Shown: positions 48,451-57,151 of the stretch, piece after piece
Layout: each line of letters starts with the position of its first letter
Position numbering within the stretch: position 1 is the first letter of the stretch
Assembly: GCA_965279515.1 (NCBI GenBank)
Contig: CBDIID010000003.1
Coordinates: 3,136,001-3,200,000 of the forward strand
Length of the DNA stretch: 64,000 bases
Reading direction: 5' to 3'
Source: Turneriella sp.
Lineage (GTDB): Bacteria > Spirochaetota > Leptospiria > Turneriellales > Turneriellaceae
The notes under the pieces: model-generated
The model's input: the letters and a program-made list of their open reading frames with translations, nothing else
What the model was told of the DNA's origin: nothing
Databases searched by the model: none
Made by a program: the position numbers and the translations under genes

Positions 48451-50010
48451 ATGACCTCAGATTCCCGCGAATACCCGGAACTGCTCTTAGAAGAGCTTCC
48501 ACAGGCCTGCTTTTCGCTCGCCGCGGATTTTACGATCGTGCATGCAAACGGCGCCGCACATCACTCCTTAGGTTATGGCGATTTTTCCGGTTTAAAGCTG
48601 AGCCGCCTGTTAAGCGTTTTGGATGCCGAGGCCGTGGATAGACGGTTCGAGCGTTTTGCAGGATCAGAAATCAGCGTTTTGCGCGTGGGCAGCGATGAGG
48701 AAGCCCGGGCCATGCGCAAGGATGGTTCATCTTACCCGGTGCGCGTTTCTATCGTGCGTACAAAGAGCGTCACAATCAGTTACACGGCGATTCTTTTTGA
48801 TCTCAGCCGCGACCGTGACCTCGAGTTGCGCGCCATCGAAGAGGAAAAAAAACAACAGATCGCGATACGCCATGAAGCCCTGGGCAATCTTGCAGGAAAA
48901 TTCGCGCACGACATGAATAACATACTCGCGGTTATCGGCGGCTTTGGCGAACTGCTCAGTATGGCGCCGCGTGACGAAGACATCGAAGCAATTTTTGAAA
49001 TCAACCATGCGGTGAAGAGGGCGGCAAATCTCACCACACGTATTCTGGCCTATACCGGCAGGCAGCAGATCGATCGCCGTGTCGAAGATATGAAAGTTCT
49101 GATCTCGGAACGAAGTTCCCTGTGGCAGAGTATGTTAGGTGAAAAAATCAACCTGAAACTCGAGCTCAGTGAAGATGGCATAACGGCTTTGATCGACGAC
49201 AAACTGATCGTGCAGGTCATGCTAAACCTGCTCTCCAATTGCCGCGAAGCGCTGCAGGATTCCGGTAATGTCCGCATCAGCGTGGGGGTTGTCTTGGCCG
49301 ATGCGGCTTATTTTCAGAAACGCGGCGTCGATGCCCCTGCGGGAAAATTCGCCGAGATTCGTGTCCGTGATGACGGCCCGGGGATCTCCGCCGAAAGTAT
49401 GCCCATGGTTTTTGAACCGCATTATTCGACTAAAGACCCGAATAAATCGAGCGGACTGGGTCTGGCGATTGCCCGCGGTATCGTGAAACAGCATGAGGGA
49501 TTTATTTTTTGCGACAGTGCACCCGGCGAGGGGACCACGATGCAGATATTATTGCCGCTGACGAATCAGGAAGTGACCCAGCAAACGGGTTTGGAAATTT
49601 CCGCAAAAATCCATCCGCCTGATTTTAAGGTGCTGATCGCAGAAGACGAAGACCAGATTCGGCGTATTCTCGAGAGTTCGCTCTGCGATGCCGGATTCCA
49701 GATCGTTACCGCGGCGAATGGGCGCATTGCGCTCGACTGGCTTGAGGCATGTAACGGGAATATCGACCTGCTCATTTCAGACGTCATGATGCCCGAGGTC
49801 TCGGGAATTGCCCTGGCCCAGCGGGCACTCGAGTTGTACCCGCGGCTGCCGGTGATTTTTATGACCGGCTATTCGAGTCAGGTGCTGGATTCACATCCTG
49901 TTCTGCGCGCCATTCCGGTGATCCATAAACCCTTTTCACCCCGTGCTCTTGTGGCTGCTGCGGTGCTTGAAATTACCAAAGCAGTGTCGAGCCGCGGCGT
50001 TGTGCCATAA
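48451..50010 (+). CDS. PAS hybrid sensor histidine kinase (paralog of upstream gene)
   Basis: GKFAHDMNN, DDGPGI, receiver LLISDVMMP. Confidence 0.93.
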   Translation: MTSDSREYPELLLEELPQACFSLAADFTIVHANGAAHHSLGYGDFSGLKLSRLLSVLDAEAVDRRFERFAGSEISVLRVGSDEEARAMRKDGSSYPVRVSIVRTKSVTISYTAILFDLSRDRDLELRAIEEEKKQQIAIRHEALGNLAGKFAHDMNNILAVIGGFGELLSMAPRDEDIEAIFEINHAVKRAANLTTRILAYTGRQQIDRRVEDMKVLISERSSLWQSMLGEKINLKLELSEDGITALIDDKLIVQVMLNLLSNCREALQDSGNVRISVGVVLADAAYFQKRGVDAPAGKFAEIRVRDDGPGISAESMPMVFEPHYSTKDPNKSSGLGLAIARGIVKQHEGFIFCDSAPGEGTTMQILLPLTNQEVTQQTGLEISAKIHPPDFKVLIAEDEDQIRRILESSLCDAGFQIVTAANGRIALDWLEACNGNIDLLISDVMMPEVSGIALAQRALELYPRLPVIFMTGYSSQVLDSHPVLRAIPVIHKPFSPRALVAAAVLEITKAVSSRGVVP

Positions 50011-50079
50011 TGCCGTTAAAAAACCTTGACGGTGTCCTGAATGGTCATATGACCGACCACTGCGATTAGCCGGGTAATT

Positions 50080-51909
50080 TTGCGTAAAATTTTCAAAACA
50101 CTGCCGTTCCTCTTCTTCACGGGATTCATCCCCCTGATTGCCCAGAAGCTCGACCCGAATGCAGAAAAAACCAGGCTGCAAAAGCCTGCCGACCCGGCGA
50201 AACCCGTCGACGAAAAGGGTACCGAAACAGAACAAAAGCCCTGGGAGGCCGGGGACGATATGGTGCCCGCGAAAAAGCTCAAGGCCGACCGCGAAAAGTC
50301 TGCGGAAGACAGGCTGCCATTCGGTCCGCCGCAGATCGAGAAGCGTGAAAATATTTTCGGCGACAATAAAGAGAAAAAAGGCATTCTCGATAAGATGGAA
50401 TACCAGATCGGTTTTATCGCCGAAGGTGCCGGTTTCAACAATACTGACCTGCGCCAGTTGGACGAGTCCACTGTCGCGACGATACAAAATACCGACGACA
50501 AGCAGACACTGGCCTTTTCGCGTTTTTACCTGAACCTGTATTTTCCGCTGACCGAAGATCTTTATTTTCGCGTCGACTTGTTCAAAAACGGCTTTTGGGG
50601 CAACCACCAGCTCGCAGGTTCGAGTTCCAACAACAGCTCGTCTTCAACGCCTGTGGGCGCCGACGTCTTTAACTTCGGCGACCTGCACCTGAACTATGTG
50701 ATCTGGAAAAACCAGAAGAACGACCTGTCGATCAAGATCGGCCGGCAGTTTTTTGAAATCGGCGGCGAGGTGTATGACTATTTTCTCAAGGACTATCTCG
50801 ACGCCGTAACGATCAACTATGCCAATTCGACGATCGGTGGCTTTCGCCTGCTGGCCTTCGACGCTTTCCAGCTCGGCGCCGACCCGACTTTACATGCGAA
50901 CTATGTGCGGTTCTTCTCGCACGATAGCCAGCGTGTGCGCTATTTTGACGGCGATACGAACGTGCTGCGCGCGGGCCTCATCTACGATTCGCGTAACCTG
51001 CTCAACTGGAAAGGGCCGCTGACAGGGGATGTGCTGCAGAATAAACTATATGCCTTCGGAGCCCGCTACGGTGCCGTCAGCAAGGGCGGTTCAGACCGCT
51101 CGAATCTCGGTGCCTCAGGCAATTTTGCCGACAACGATTATAACTTCATGTTCGGCACGCGTTTTCTCTTTAACATACCGCGCAAGCGCTATGTGCTGAA
51201 GACCTGGGCCGACGCAGCAGTATCAGTGGGGATTGACCGCCGTCTACCCACCGCCGCTGGCGAAAGCCAGGACGTGGATACCAACGGCTACGCATTCGGC
51301 GGCGGTGCAAGTCTCGAGTTCCCTAAAATTGCGCCGATCCTGGACATCGATTTAAACGCCGACGGCTTCTATGCGTCGGGCAGCAAGTACGACGGAAACG
51401 GCACCGCAACCTCGCATGGTTTTACGGGTTTCAAAGGCAGCCGCCTCGGCGGACTGATTATGAGTAAGTTCTACGGCTTTCGGCCATCGAGTTTTACCGA
51501 TGCCGCAGGCATTTCAGATTATGCGCATGACTATGAGCGCAAGTCGGCGACGGCGTTCGGTCATGTTGGTGTTGGTACAACACTATGGCAAAAACTGCGT
51601 TTCGGCCTCGACTACTGGATGGCCATTGATACAGGTAATAGCGTGCTCTATGAAAACGCCCGTGCCAACGGTACCACCTCGTCAATTACCAGCACTGTCC
51701 TTAAAGCGCAGGATCGTTTGGGTAAAATCTTAGGGCATGAAATCAATGTCTCGATAGACTTTGCGGTGAACCGTTACTGGACGTTGTACTTCAAAACCGG
51801 CATTTTCTTACCCGGCTCATTCTACTCGACGCCGGGCATTGTCACCGATACACCCTACGGCACCGACAATGCCATGGGTGTTCAGCTCGGTTCGAAGCTG
51901 GTCTTTTAA
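50080..51909 (+). CDS. Outer-membrane beta-barrel protein (alginate-export-like)
   Basis: Signal peptide, IKIGRQ, LGHEIN, ends QLGSKLVF. Confidence 0.7.
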   Translation: MRKIFKTLPFLFFTGFIPLIAQKLDPNAEKTRLQKPADPAKPVDEKGTETEQKPWEAGDDMVPAKKLKADREKSAEDRLPFGPPQIEKRENIFGDNKEKKGILDKMEYQIGFIAEGAGFNNTDLRQLDESTVATIQNTDDKQTLAFSRFYLNLYFPLTEDLYFRVDLFKNGFWGNHQLAGSSSNNSSSSTPVGADVFNFGDLHLNYVIWKNQKNDLSIKIGRQFFEIGGEVYDYFLKDYLDAVTINYANSTIGGFRLLAFDAFQLGADPTLHANYVRFFSHDSQRVRYFDGDTNVLRAGLIYDSRNLLNWKGPLTGDVLQNKLYAFGARYGAVSKGGSDRSNLGASGNFADNDYNFMFGTRFLFNIPRKRYVLKTWADAAVSVGIDRRLPTAAGESQDVDTNGYAFGGGASLEFPKIAPILDIDLNADGFYASGSKYDGNGTATSHGFTGFKGSRLGGLIMSKFYGFRPSSFTDAAGISDYAHDYERKSATAFGHVGVGTTLWQKLRFGLDYWMAIDTGNSVLYENARANGTTSSITSTVLKAQDRLGKILGHEINVSIDFAVNRYWTLYFKTGIFLPGSFYSTPGIVTDTPYGTDNAMGVQLGSKLVF

Positions 51910-51929
51910 TTCCCCGTTCAGGGAGGGTA

Positions 51930-52835
51930 TCATAACCTCTCTTCTATTTCCGACCGCGCGTAGTGGAATGCGTTTGTGCAGTAGCCGCAACGCACCTCGA
52001 TTTCGGTAAGGTCGCCGAACAGTTCTTCGATATTCACCCGCGCGAGCTGTACCATCTTCTCGAGGTAGCCCTCGCGGTGGCAGCTGCACCGGTAAACCAG
52101 CGAGTATTCGGCGCTTTCAATCCACTGCTCGCCGGGATAGATATCGTCGAGCAGGTCCATGACGTCCTTCGCGGGTTCACCCCCGGTGGGCTTGCCGCTG
52201 AAGTATTGCGTGAGCGAGCTCAGGCGTTCGAGGTTGTCTGTCAGGATAAATTTCTTTTCTTCAGAAACGTCGGGGAGTGCCTCAATCAGGAGGCCGAAAC
52301 ATTTATCGGCCTCAATCCGCCCGGTACCATTTTCACGCAGTTTCATGCCCGTCAGCATCAGCGTCGCGATCTGCTCGCTTTCGTGGAGGTATTGCTGCAC
52401 AAGATTGGGTACAGAGCGGCTTTGGCTGCCGACGGTACCGCGCGTCGGTTCGGGGGTTTCGGCAAACCGTTTCGTTGCGTGCAGAATACCGCCAAAGATG
52501 TCTTCATCGATGAGGCCGGGAATTGTTACGTTGTTAATATCCTCTGTTACCTGGCATGCCGCGCGAAAGATGCCCTGCGGGCTCGCCTCGACGACCAGGC
52601 TCGAGAGGTATTTCGGCGTCGTGAGCTCAAGCGTCAGGTCGTGTACGTTGCGGAACAGGCCCGCGAGCAAATTGGTGCAAACGACGAGCTCGCTGAAGTG
52701 GTAGATCGCATGTTCGTTGACCGCCACCTGTTTTGTGGCGGCATTGATAGCGCCAGCGGCGCTCACGAAAATCGCCCGGAAGTCAGCGCCCCGCGTGTGG
52801 AACGACATGCAGTACGAGCGTTCGTTATCAGCCAT
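51930..52835 (-). CDS. hslO: Hsp33 redox-regulated chaperone
   Basis: YLHESEQI, CSC...CGYC..FHY zinc motif. Confidence 0.88.
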   Translation of the reverse strand: MADNERSYCMSFHTRGADFRAIFVSAAGAINAATKQVAVNEHAIYHFSELVVCTNLLAGLFRNVHDLTLELTTPKYLSSLVVEASPQGIFRAACQVTEDINNVTIPGLIDEDIFGGILHATKRFAETPEPTRGTVGSQSRSVPNLVQQYLHESEQIATLMLTGMKLRENGTGRIEADKCFGLLIEALPDVSEEKKFILTDNLERLSSLTQYFSGKPTGGEPAKDVMDLLDDIYPGEQWIESAEYSLVYRCSCHREGYLEKMVQLARVNIEELFGDLTEIEVRCGYCTNAFHYARSEIEERL

Positions 52836-53733
52836 CTTTATTACGCGGAAGAAACCGGGCGGGGCTCAGTGTGGAAATCAAATTTTCATCCGTGCCGTCG
52901 CCGGTTAAGTGCGCGGCAACCGCGTGTGCGAGGTAGGGGGCATAGGTCATCGCATGGTAACCCATCGCGCAGAACAGAAAGGGTGAGGCATTCACCTTTT
53001 CTGCAAAGCCGACGACCGGAAAACGATCGCGTGTCGTAAGGCGTTGGCCGCCGAGCAGTGCATGCCTGCCGGTCGGATGCAATCCCCTGGCAAAGGCTGC
53101 CGCCGAGTCTCGTGTCTCGCCGTTGCGGTGGATAAACCCGGCCCTTGAAGGAAGATGCATGTAGTTCGTGACTTTGTCCCCATTCTTGCCGATCTCTGCA
53201 TCTGGCGCCGGCGCACCGTGGCGGCTGAAATACGATTCCCAACCCGGAATAATTTGCGTTGCCGCCAGGGCAGTGGCGGCGCCCGTTGCGACGCAGGTAA
53301 GGGCGAAGTCTGGCAAAACTGCACCGGTATTGTGCAAGGTATCGTTACTGAATTGCACTCCCTGTGCCTTTAGTCTTCTCTTCAGCTGTTTGAGATAACG
53401 CCGTGCCTCAATAATAAAATAGCTGCCGAAGGCATTGTTTCTCTCGGTGACAGCGTCACCGCCCATATCACGATACCAGAGCCGGGCATACGTCGCCGAT
53501 TTTTCCCAAAGCGGCGCGCGCGTTTTCAGGGTGTGGCAGGCATGCATCAGCGGAATTCTCACACCCCCGGTACGCCGGGGTTCAAAGACGGTGACAGAAA
53601 AATTTTGCCCCGCCAGTGCTTGCGCCAGGTGCAGGCCACTGATACCCCCGCCAATTACGGCGACGCGGGCCGCAGGTTGCAAAACGCCTTCGCTTTGACG
53701 CCAAATGTCCATCAAAAGTTCACTGCGTTTCAT
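52828..53733 (-). CDS. FAD-dependent oxidoreductase (MnmC C-terminal-like)
   Basis: IGGGISG, TRDRFPVVG, GYHAMTYAP, SPARF; coupled to mnmD. Confidence 0.75.
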   Translation of the reverse strand: MKRSELLMDIWRQSEGVLQPAARVAVIGGGISGLHLAQALAGQNFSVTVFEPRRTGGVRIPLMHACHTLKTRAPLWEKSATYARLWYRDMGGDAVTERNNAFGSYFIIEARRYLKQLKRRLKAQGVQFSNDTLHNTGAVLPDFALTCVATGAATALAATQIIPGWESYFSRHGAPAPDAEIGKNGDKVTNYMHLPSRAGFIHRNGETRDSAAAFARGLHPTGRHALLGGQRLTTRDRFPVVGFAEKVNASPFLFCAMGYHAMTYAPYLAHAVAAHLTGDGTDENLISTLSPARFLPRNKDG

Positions 53734-54461
53734 GGTCTGTATCCCCGCAGCATTTCACGCTTTGAACCAAAGCCCGCGACCTTCTCGACATAAAAACCCG
53801 CAGTCACAAGGTTGCGTTTCACCCAGCCTGCTGCCGAATATGTCGAAAACGTGCCCCCGGGTTTTGTCAGAGCAAAGGCCCTTGTAAAAACTTCAGCGCT
53901 CCACATCGCGGGGTTTTTGGCCGGCGAGAAGCCGTCGAAGTACCAGGCATCGGCGAGGAAGCTAGCTTCGCTGAGGAAGGTGAGGACGTCGGTGTGGTAA
54001 ACCTCACCCCCTAGCCCCCTCCCCTTGTAGGGGAGGGGGAAGGTTGAGTCGGCAGCCGGGGGAGAGGGTTTCCAAAAGGCAAGATATTCTTCCTGAGATA
54101 TTTTCAATTTCGGAAGTAAAAGTTCTGCTTGGGTTTTTTCTGGAAAATTTTCCTCAACGGAAAAATATTGCAGTCTCCGCAAGCCATCCGCCTTTTTTGC
54201 TGCATGCAATGTCAGGGCATAGTTCAGGCCGAAACCGAAACCGAGTTCTGCGACAGTGAAATTTTCAGTGGCGGCGCCTGTGCTGCGACCGTCTTCGGTC
54301 TCCCGCTTCGGGAGCGTAGTCGAAGCCATGCGTTCGGCAATGCGATTTGCTTCGATGAAAACAAATTGTTTTTCAGCTTCGGGATCTTCATCCGTGAAAT
54401 AGATGTCGCCGTATTTTTCAGAAAAAAACGGGCGTCCTTCGATACGCCCTTGGCTACTCAG
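53730..54461 (-). CDS. mnmD: tRNA mnm5s2U34 methyltransferase (MnmC N-terminal / MnmD); start uncertain, CTG proposed
   Basis: FSEKYGDIYF..FVF, ELGFGFGLN, DAWYFDGFSPAKNPAMW, GFGSKREML. Confidence 0.88.
   Translation of the reverse strand: MSSQGRIEGRPFFSEKYGDIYFTDEDPEAEKQFVFIEANRIAERMASTTLPKRETEDGRSTGAATENFTVAELGFGFGLNYALTLHAAKKADGLRRLQYFSVEENFPEKTQAELLLPKLKISQEEYLAFWKPSPPAADSTFPLPYKGRGLGGEVYHTDVLTFLSEASFLADAWYFDGFSPAKNPAMWSAEVFTRAFALTKPGGTFSTYSAAGWVKRNLVTAGFYVEKVAGFGSKREMLRGYRP
54000..54041. repeat. REP-like hairpin unit in frame within mnmD
   Basis: 38/42 identity to intergenic 14802-14843. Confidence 0.9.
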
Positions 54462-54470
54462 GACAGGCTC
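54276..54470. repeat. Inverted pair of GCCTGT(G/C)CTG-AG..TCGAAG repeat units at the mnmD 5' end
   Basis: Units at 54276-54326 (+) and 54435-54470 (-). Confidence 0.6.
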
Positions 54471-54474
54471 CGGC

Positions 54475-55299
54475 TCACATCTTTGGAATGTTACGGCCGT
54501 AGAAAATCTCGTTCATCTCTTTTTTGAGGCTCTGCTTGATCTTCTTCTTTTCACCCGGTACGAAATCTTTTTTTGCCGAGCCGAACAGGTAGTTGTCGAG
54601 GTCGAATTCCTTGAGCAGCATCTTGGTGTGGAAGATGTTTTCCTGGTAGACGTTGATGTCGGTGAGCTGGTACATCTGCCGCAAATCTTCGGAGATAAAA
54701 TTCTGGATCGAGTTGATCTTGTGGTCGATGAAGTATTTCTTGCCGTCGACGTCGCGGGTAAAACCGCGCACGCGGTAGTCGCTCATGACGATGTCGGGGC
54801 TGAAGGAGTGTAACAGGTAGTTGAGCGCCTTCAAAGGTGAAATCTGGCCGCAGGTCGAGACGTCGATGTCCGCGCGGAACGTGCTGATACCATGGTCGGG
54901 GTGGCTTTCGGGATAAGTGTGCACGGTGATATGGCTTTTGTCGAGGTGGGCGACGACAGCTTCGGATTCAGGGCCGGGTAATTCGCGCTCGGTGTCGAAG
55001 ATATTGCGTTTTTCGACCTCGATGTGGTTTTCAGAAACCAACATCGTGACGGACGCCCCCTGCGGATCGTAATCCTGCGAGGCGATGTTCAGAATATTGG
55101 CGCCGATGATTTTGGCCACGTTGGTGAGAATCTCGGTAAGGCGCTCGGCGTTGTAGACTTCGTCGATATATTCGATGTACGCGCGCTGGTTTTTTGCGCT
55201 GACCGCATAGCAGATATCGTACATGTTGAAACTCAGGGTCTTGGTCAGGTTATTAAAGCCGTAGAGTTTGAGCTTCTTCTTCAGGGGCTTGATTTTCAT
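54475..55299 (-). CDS. speD: S-adenosylmethionine decarboxylase proenzyme
   Basis: [34 protein letters not shown]. Confidence 0.97.
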   Translation of the reverse strand: MKIKPLKKKLKLYGFNNLTKTLSFNMYDICYAVSAKNQRAYIEYIDEVYNAERLTEILTNVAKIIGANILNIASQDYDPQGASVTMLVSENHIEVEKRNIFDTERELPGPESEAVVAHLDKSHITVHTYPESHPDHGISTFRADIDVSTCGQISPLKALNYLLHSFSPDIVMSDYRVRGFTRDVDGKKYFIDHKINSIQNFISEDLRQMYQLTDINVYQENIFHTKMLLKEFDLDNYLFGSAKKDFVPGEKKKIKQSLKKEMNEIFYGRNIPKM

Positions 55300-55554
55300 G
55301 GTTCGATACGGGTGCAGCTACTTCGAAGCGAAGACCCGGGATGACGGGGTCGCACCACGAGTCGCGCTATGGCGCGTTGGGGCTGAAAAACAGGGGGTCA
55401 ATCCTTAAAGGTGGTGGGTCAGGACTCCGATATATGTACTGAGCTTTCAGATTGAAAATATTAGGTCAAAAAGATTGACACCATATTTTCAGTACCCGAA
55501 GCCAACGCTACAGGGCAAAACCCTGCAACACGCGCAAAACATAAGAGGTATTGA

Positions 55555-56328
55555 ATGAAAAAGATTTTGGCAATATTCCTTTTGGCAGGCGTGACCTTCG
55601 CCTTGTTTCCGCAGGCTGCAGGCACAGAGCCAAAAGATTCACAACCAATCGTCGTCGGGACTGAACAAGCTGATCAGACCCCAAAATCGACACCGGTCAT
55701 CCGGACGATTACGACAAAAAAAGCTTACACACACACTGAGACGATTCCTGAGACAACAACAACTGTTATTGCTCCAGACCGCGTTTTGGTACGTGAAGGT
55801 GTACTGAGCTGGGTCAGCATTGGTCTGCGGGTATCCGCGGATTATCATGTTACACAGAAAGACGGCGCTTTGAGCCCACTCTGGCTCTACGGCGAATTCT
55901 ATAATACAACGTGGGGTGTTGAACTCGGCGTTGGTCGTCTGGTGCAACCTATCAATACAATTACAGATGTAACTACGAATGCCACGGTAACGGGCATCGC
56001 CGGTTCGCGTAATTATTGGACGGTTGAAACTGTCTTCAAATACTATATGCCGTTTGCTAAATGGTTTTGGGCTGGCGCAGGTTTTGCATACAATTCGTAT
56101 GATAATGGCTTCGTTTATACCACTGCAGTGGCATACCAGAACCTCTTGTTCATGCGTTCACAATTCCTTTGGGAAGGTGGATTGGGCATCAAGGTTGCGC
56201 TGGGCAATGGCTTTAACGTAGTCCATTTCGATCCGAACATTCGGGTTCTCGGTCCGCTCAACACTGACGGCGCCAGTTCCGTTATCGTTCGTTTGAACCT
56301 CGGTTTTACTTACAGCTTCGGTCTCTAA
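55555..56328 (+). CDS. Hypothetical outer-membrane beta-barrel protein
   Basis: Signal peptide, GAGG RBS, ends LGFTYSFGL. Confidence 0.75.
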   Translation: MKKILAIFLLAGVTFALFPQAAGTEPKDSQPIVVGTEQADQTPKSTPVIRTITTKKAYTHTETIPETTTTVIAPDRVLVREGVLSWVSIGLRVSADYHVTQKDGALSPLWLYGEFYNTTWGVELGVGRLVQPINTITDVTTNATVTGIAGSRNYWTVETVFKYYMPFAKWFWAGAGFAYNSYDNGFVYTTAVAYQNLLFMRSQFLWEGGLGIKVALGNGFNVVHFDPNIRVLGPLNTDGASSVIVRLNLGFTYSFGL

Positions 56329-56357
56329 GTTCTCCGCGGTTTCACCGCAACCGAATA

Positions 56358-56389
56358 GAAACCCCGGCCCGCGCCGGGGTTTTTTATTT
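56358..56389 (+). terminator. Rho-independent terminator
   Basis: AAAACCCCGG-CCCGCG-CCGGGGTTTTTT. Confidence 0.85.
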
Positions 56390-56470
56390 CCGGGCTATGT
56401 CACGCAGGTGAGTTGGATGTATGGCGTCCCTCGATACGCTGTCGCTACTCGGGAACCGCAAGCTAACTTT

Positions 56471-57151
56471 ATGACAGGTAACAAATTCGGCACCGTAACT
56501 TCCGCATCTGCTGTCGCGCAGAAAAATGCCGTGATCTACTCACAGCAGAAAACTGTGCTCGAAGGCAGCGCAGTCGCCACGCAACTGATCCGCTCTGCCT
56601 GGCCTGAAGCCCCGGCAGAAACAGGTGCCATCCATGCCGCGACGCCGCTGGAAAAAGACGGCATACGCCAGTTCTCCACCGACATGCCGACATTCGTGGT
56701 GCGCAAAGAGAACTTGCTGAGTCTTGTTGCTTTCATTCGCAACGATGCCGCATTCCGCTATGATTTTCTGTTAGATCTGACCGCTGTCGATTTCCTGAAT
56801 TCGCCGCGTGCCCAGGATCACGCCGATAACGACGGCAAACGTTTTCAGGTTGTTTATCTCTTCCGTTCGCAGATAACAGACCGCCGTTCGGCGACGCTCA
56901 GAATCTGCGTCCCGGTCGATGAAAACGAAGAGGTGCCATCGCTCACCCAGGTGTGGCCGGGCGCCGATTGGCCAGAGCGCGAAGTTTTTGACCTCATGGG
57001 CATCCGCTTTGCGGGTCACCCGAACCTGCGCCGCATTGTGCTGCCCGAGAACTACCGGGGTCACCCGCTACGCAAAGATTTTCCCGTCAAAGGCATCGGC
57101 GAAGACTATCTCATCGAAGATCTCCTTTATAAAAGGCGAAACGAAGATTAA
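56471..57151 (+). CDS. nuoC: NADH-quinone oxidoreductase subunit C
   Basis: LLDLTAVD, WPEREVFDLMGIRFAGHPNLRRI, GHPLRKDFP. Confidence 0.93.
   Translation: MTGNKFGTVTSASAVAQKNAVIYSQQKTVLEGSAVATQLIRSAWPEAPAETGAIHAATPLEKDGIRQFSTDMPTFVVRKENLLSLVAFIRNDAAFRYDFLLDLTAVDFLNSPRAQDHADNDGKRFQVVYLFRSQITDRRSATLRICVPVDENEEVPSLTQVWPGADWPEREVFDLMGIRFAGHPNLRRIVLPENYRGHPLRKDFPVKGIGEDYLIEDLLYKRRNED

Noticed and set aside
51909..51930. TTCCCCGTTCAGGGAGGG as a further REP copy
   Set aside because: Too short and degenerate to support.
51963..53039. 358-aa plus-strand ORF
   Set aside because: Antisense to hslO and the FAD oxidoreductase, which carry clear motifs.
55510..55545. GGGCAAAACCC...CGCAAAAC resembling a c-di-GMP-I riboswitch
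   Set aside because: Only a short CAGGG/CCCTG hairpin; the GAAA-capped stem and second conserved stem are missing.
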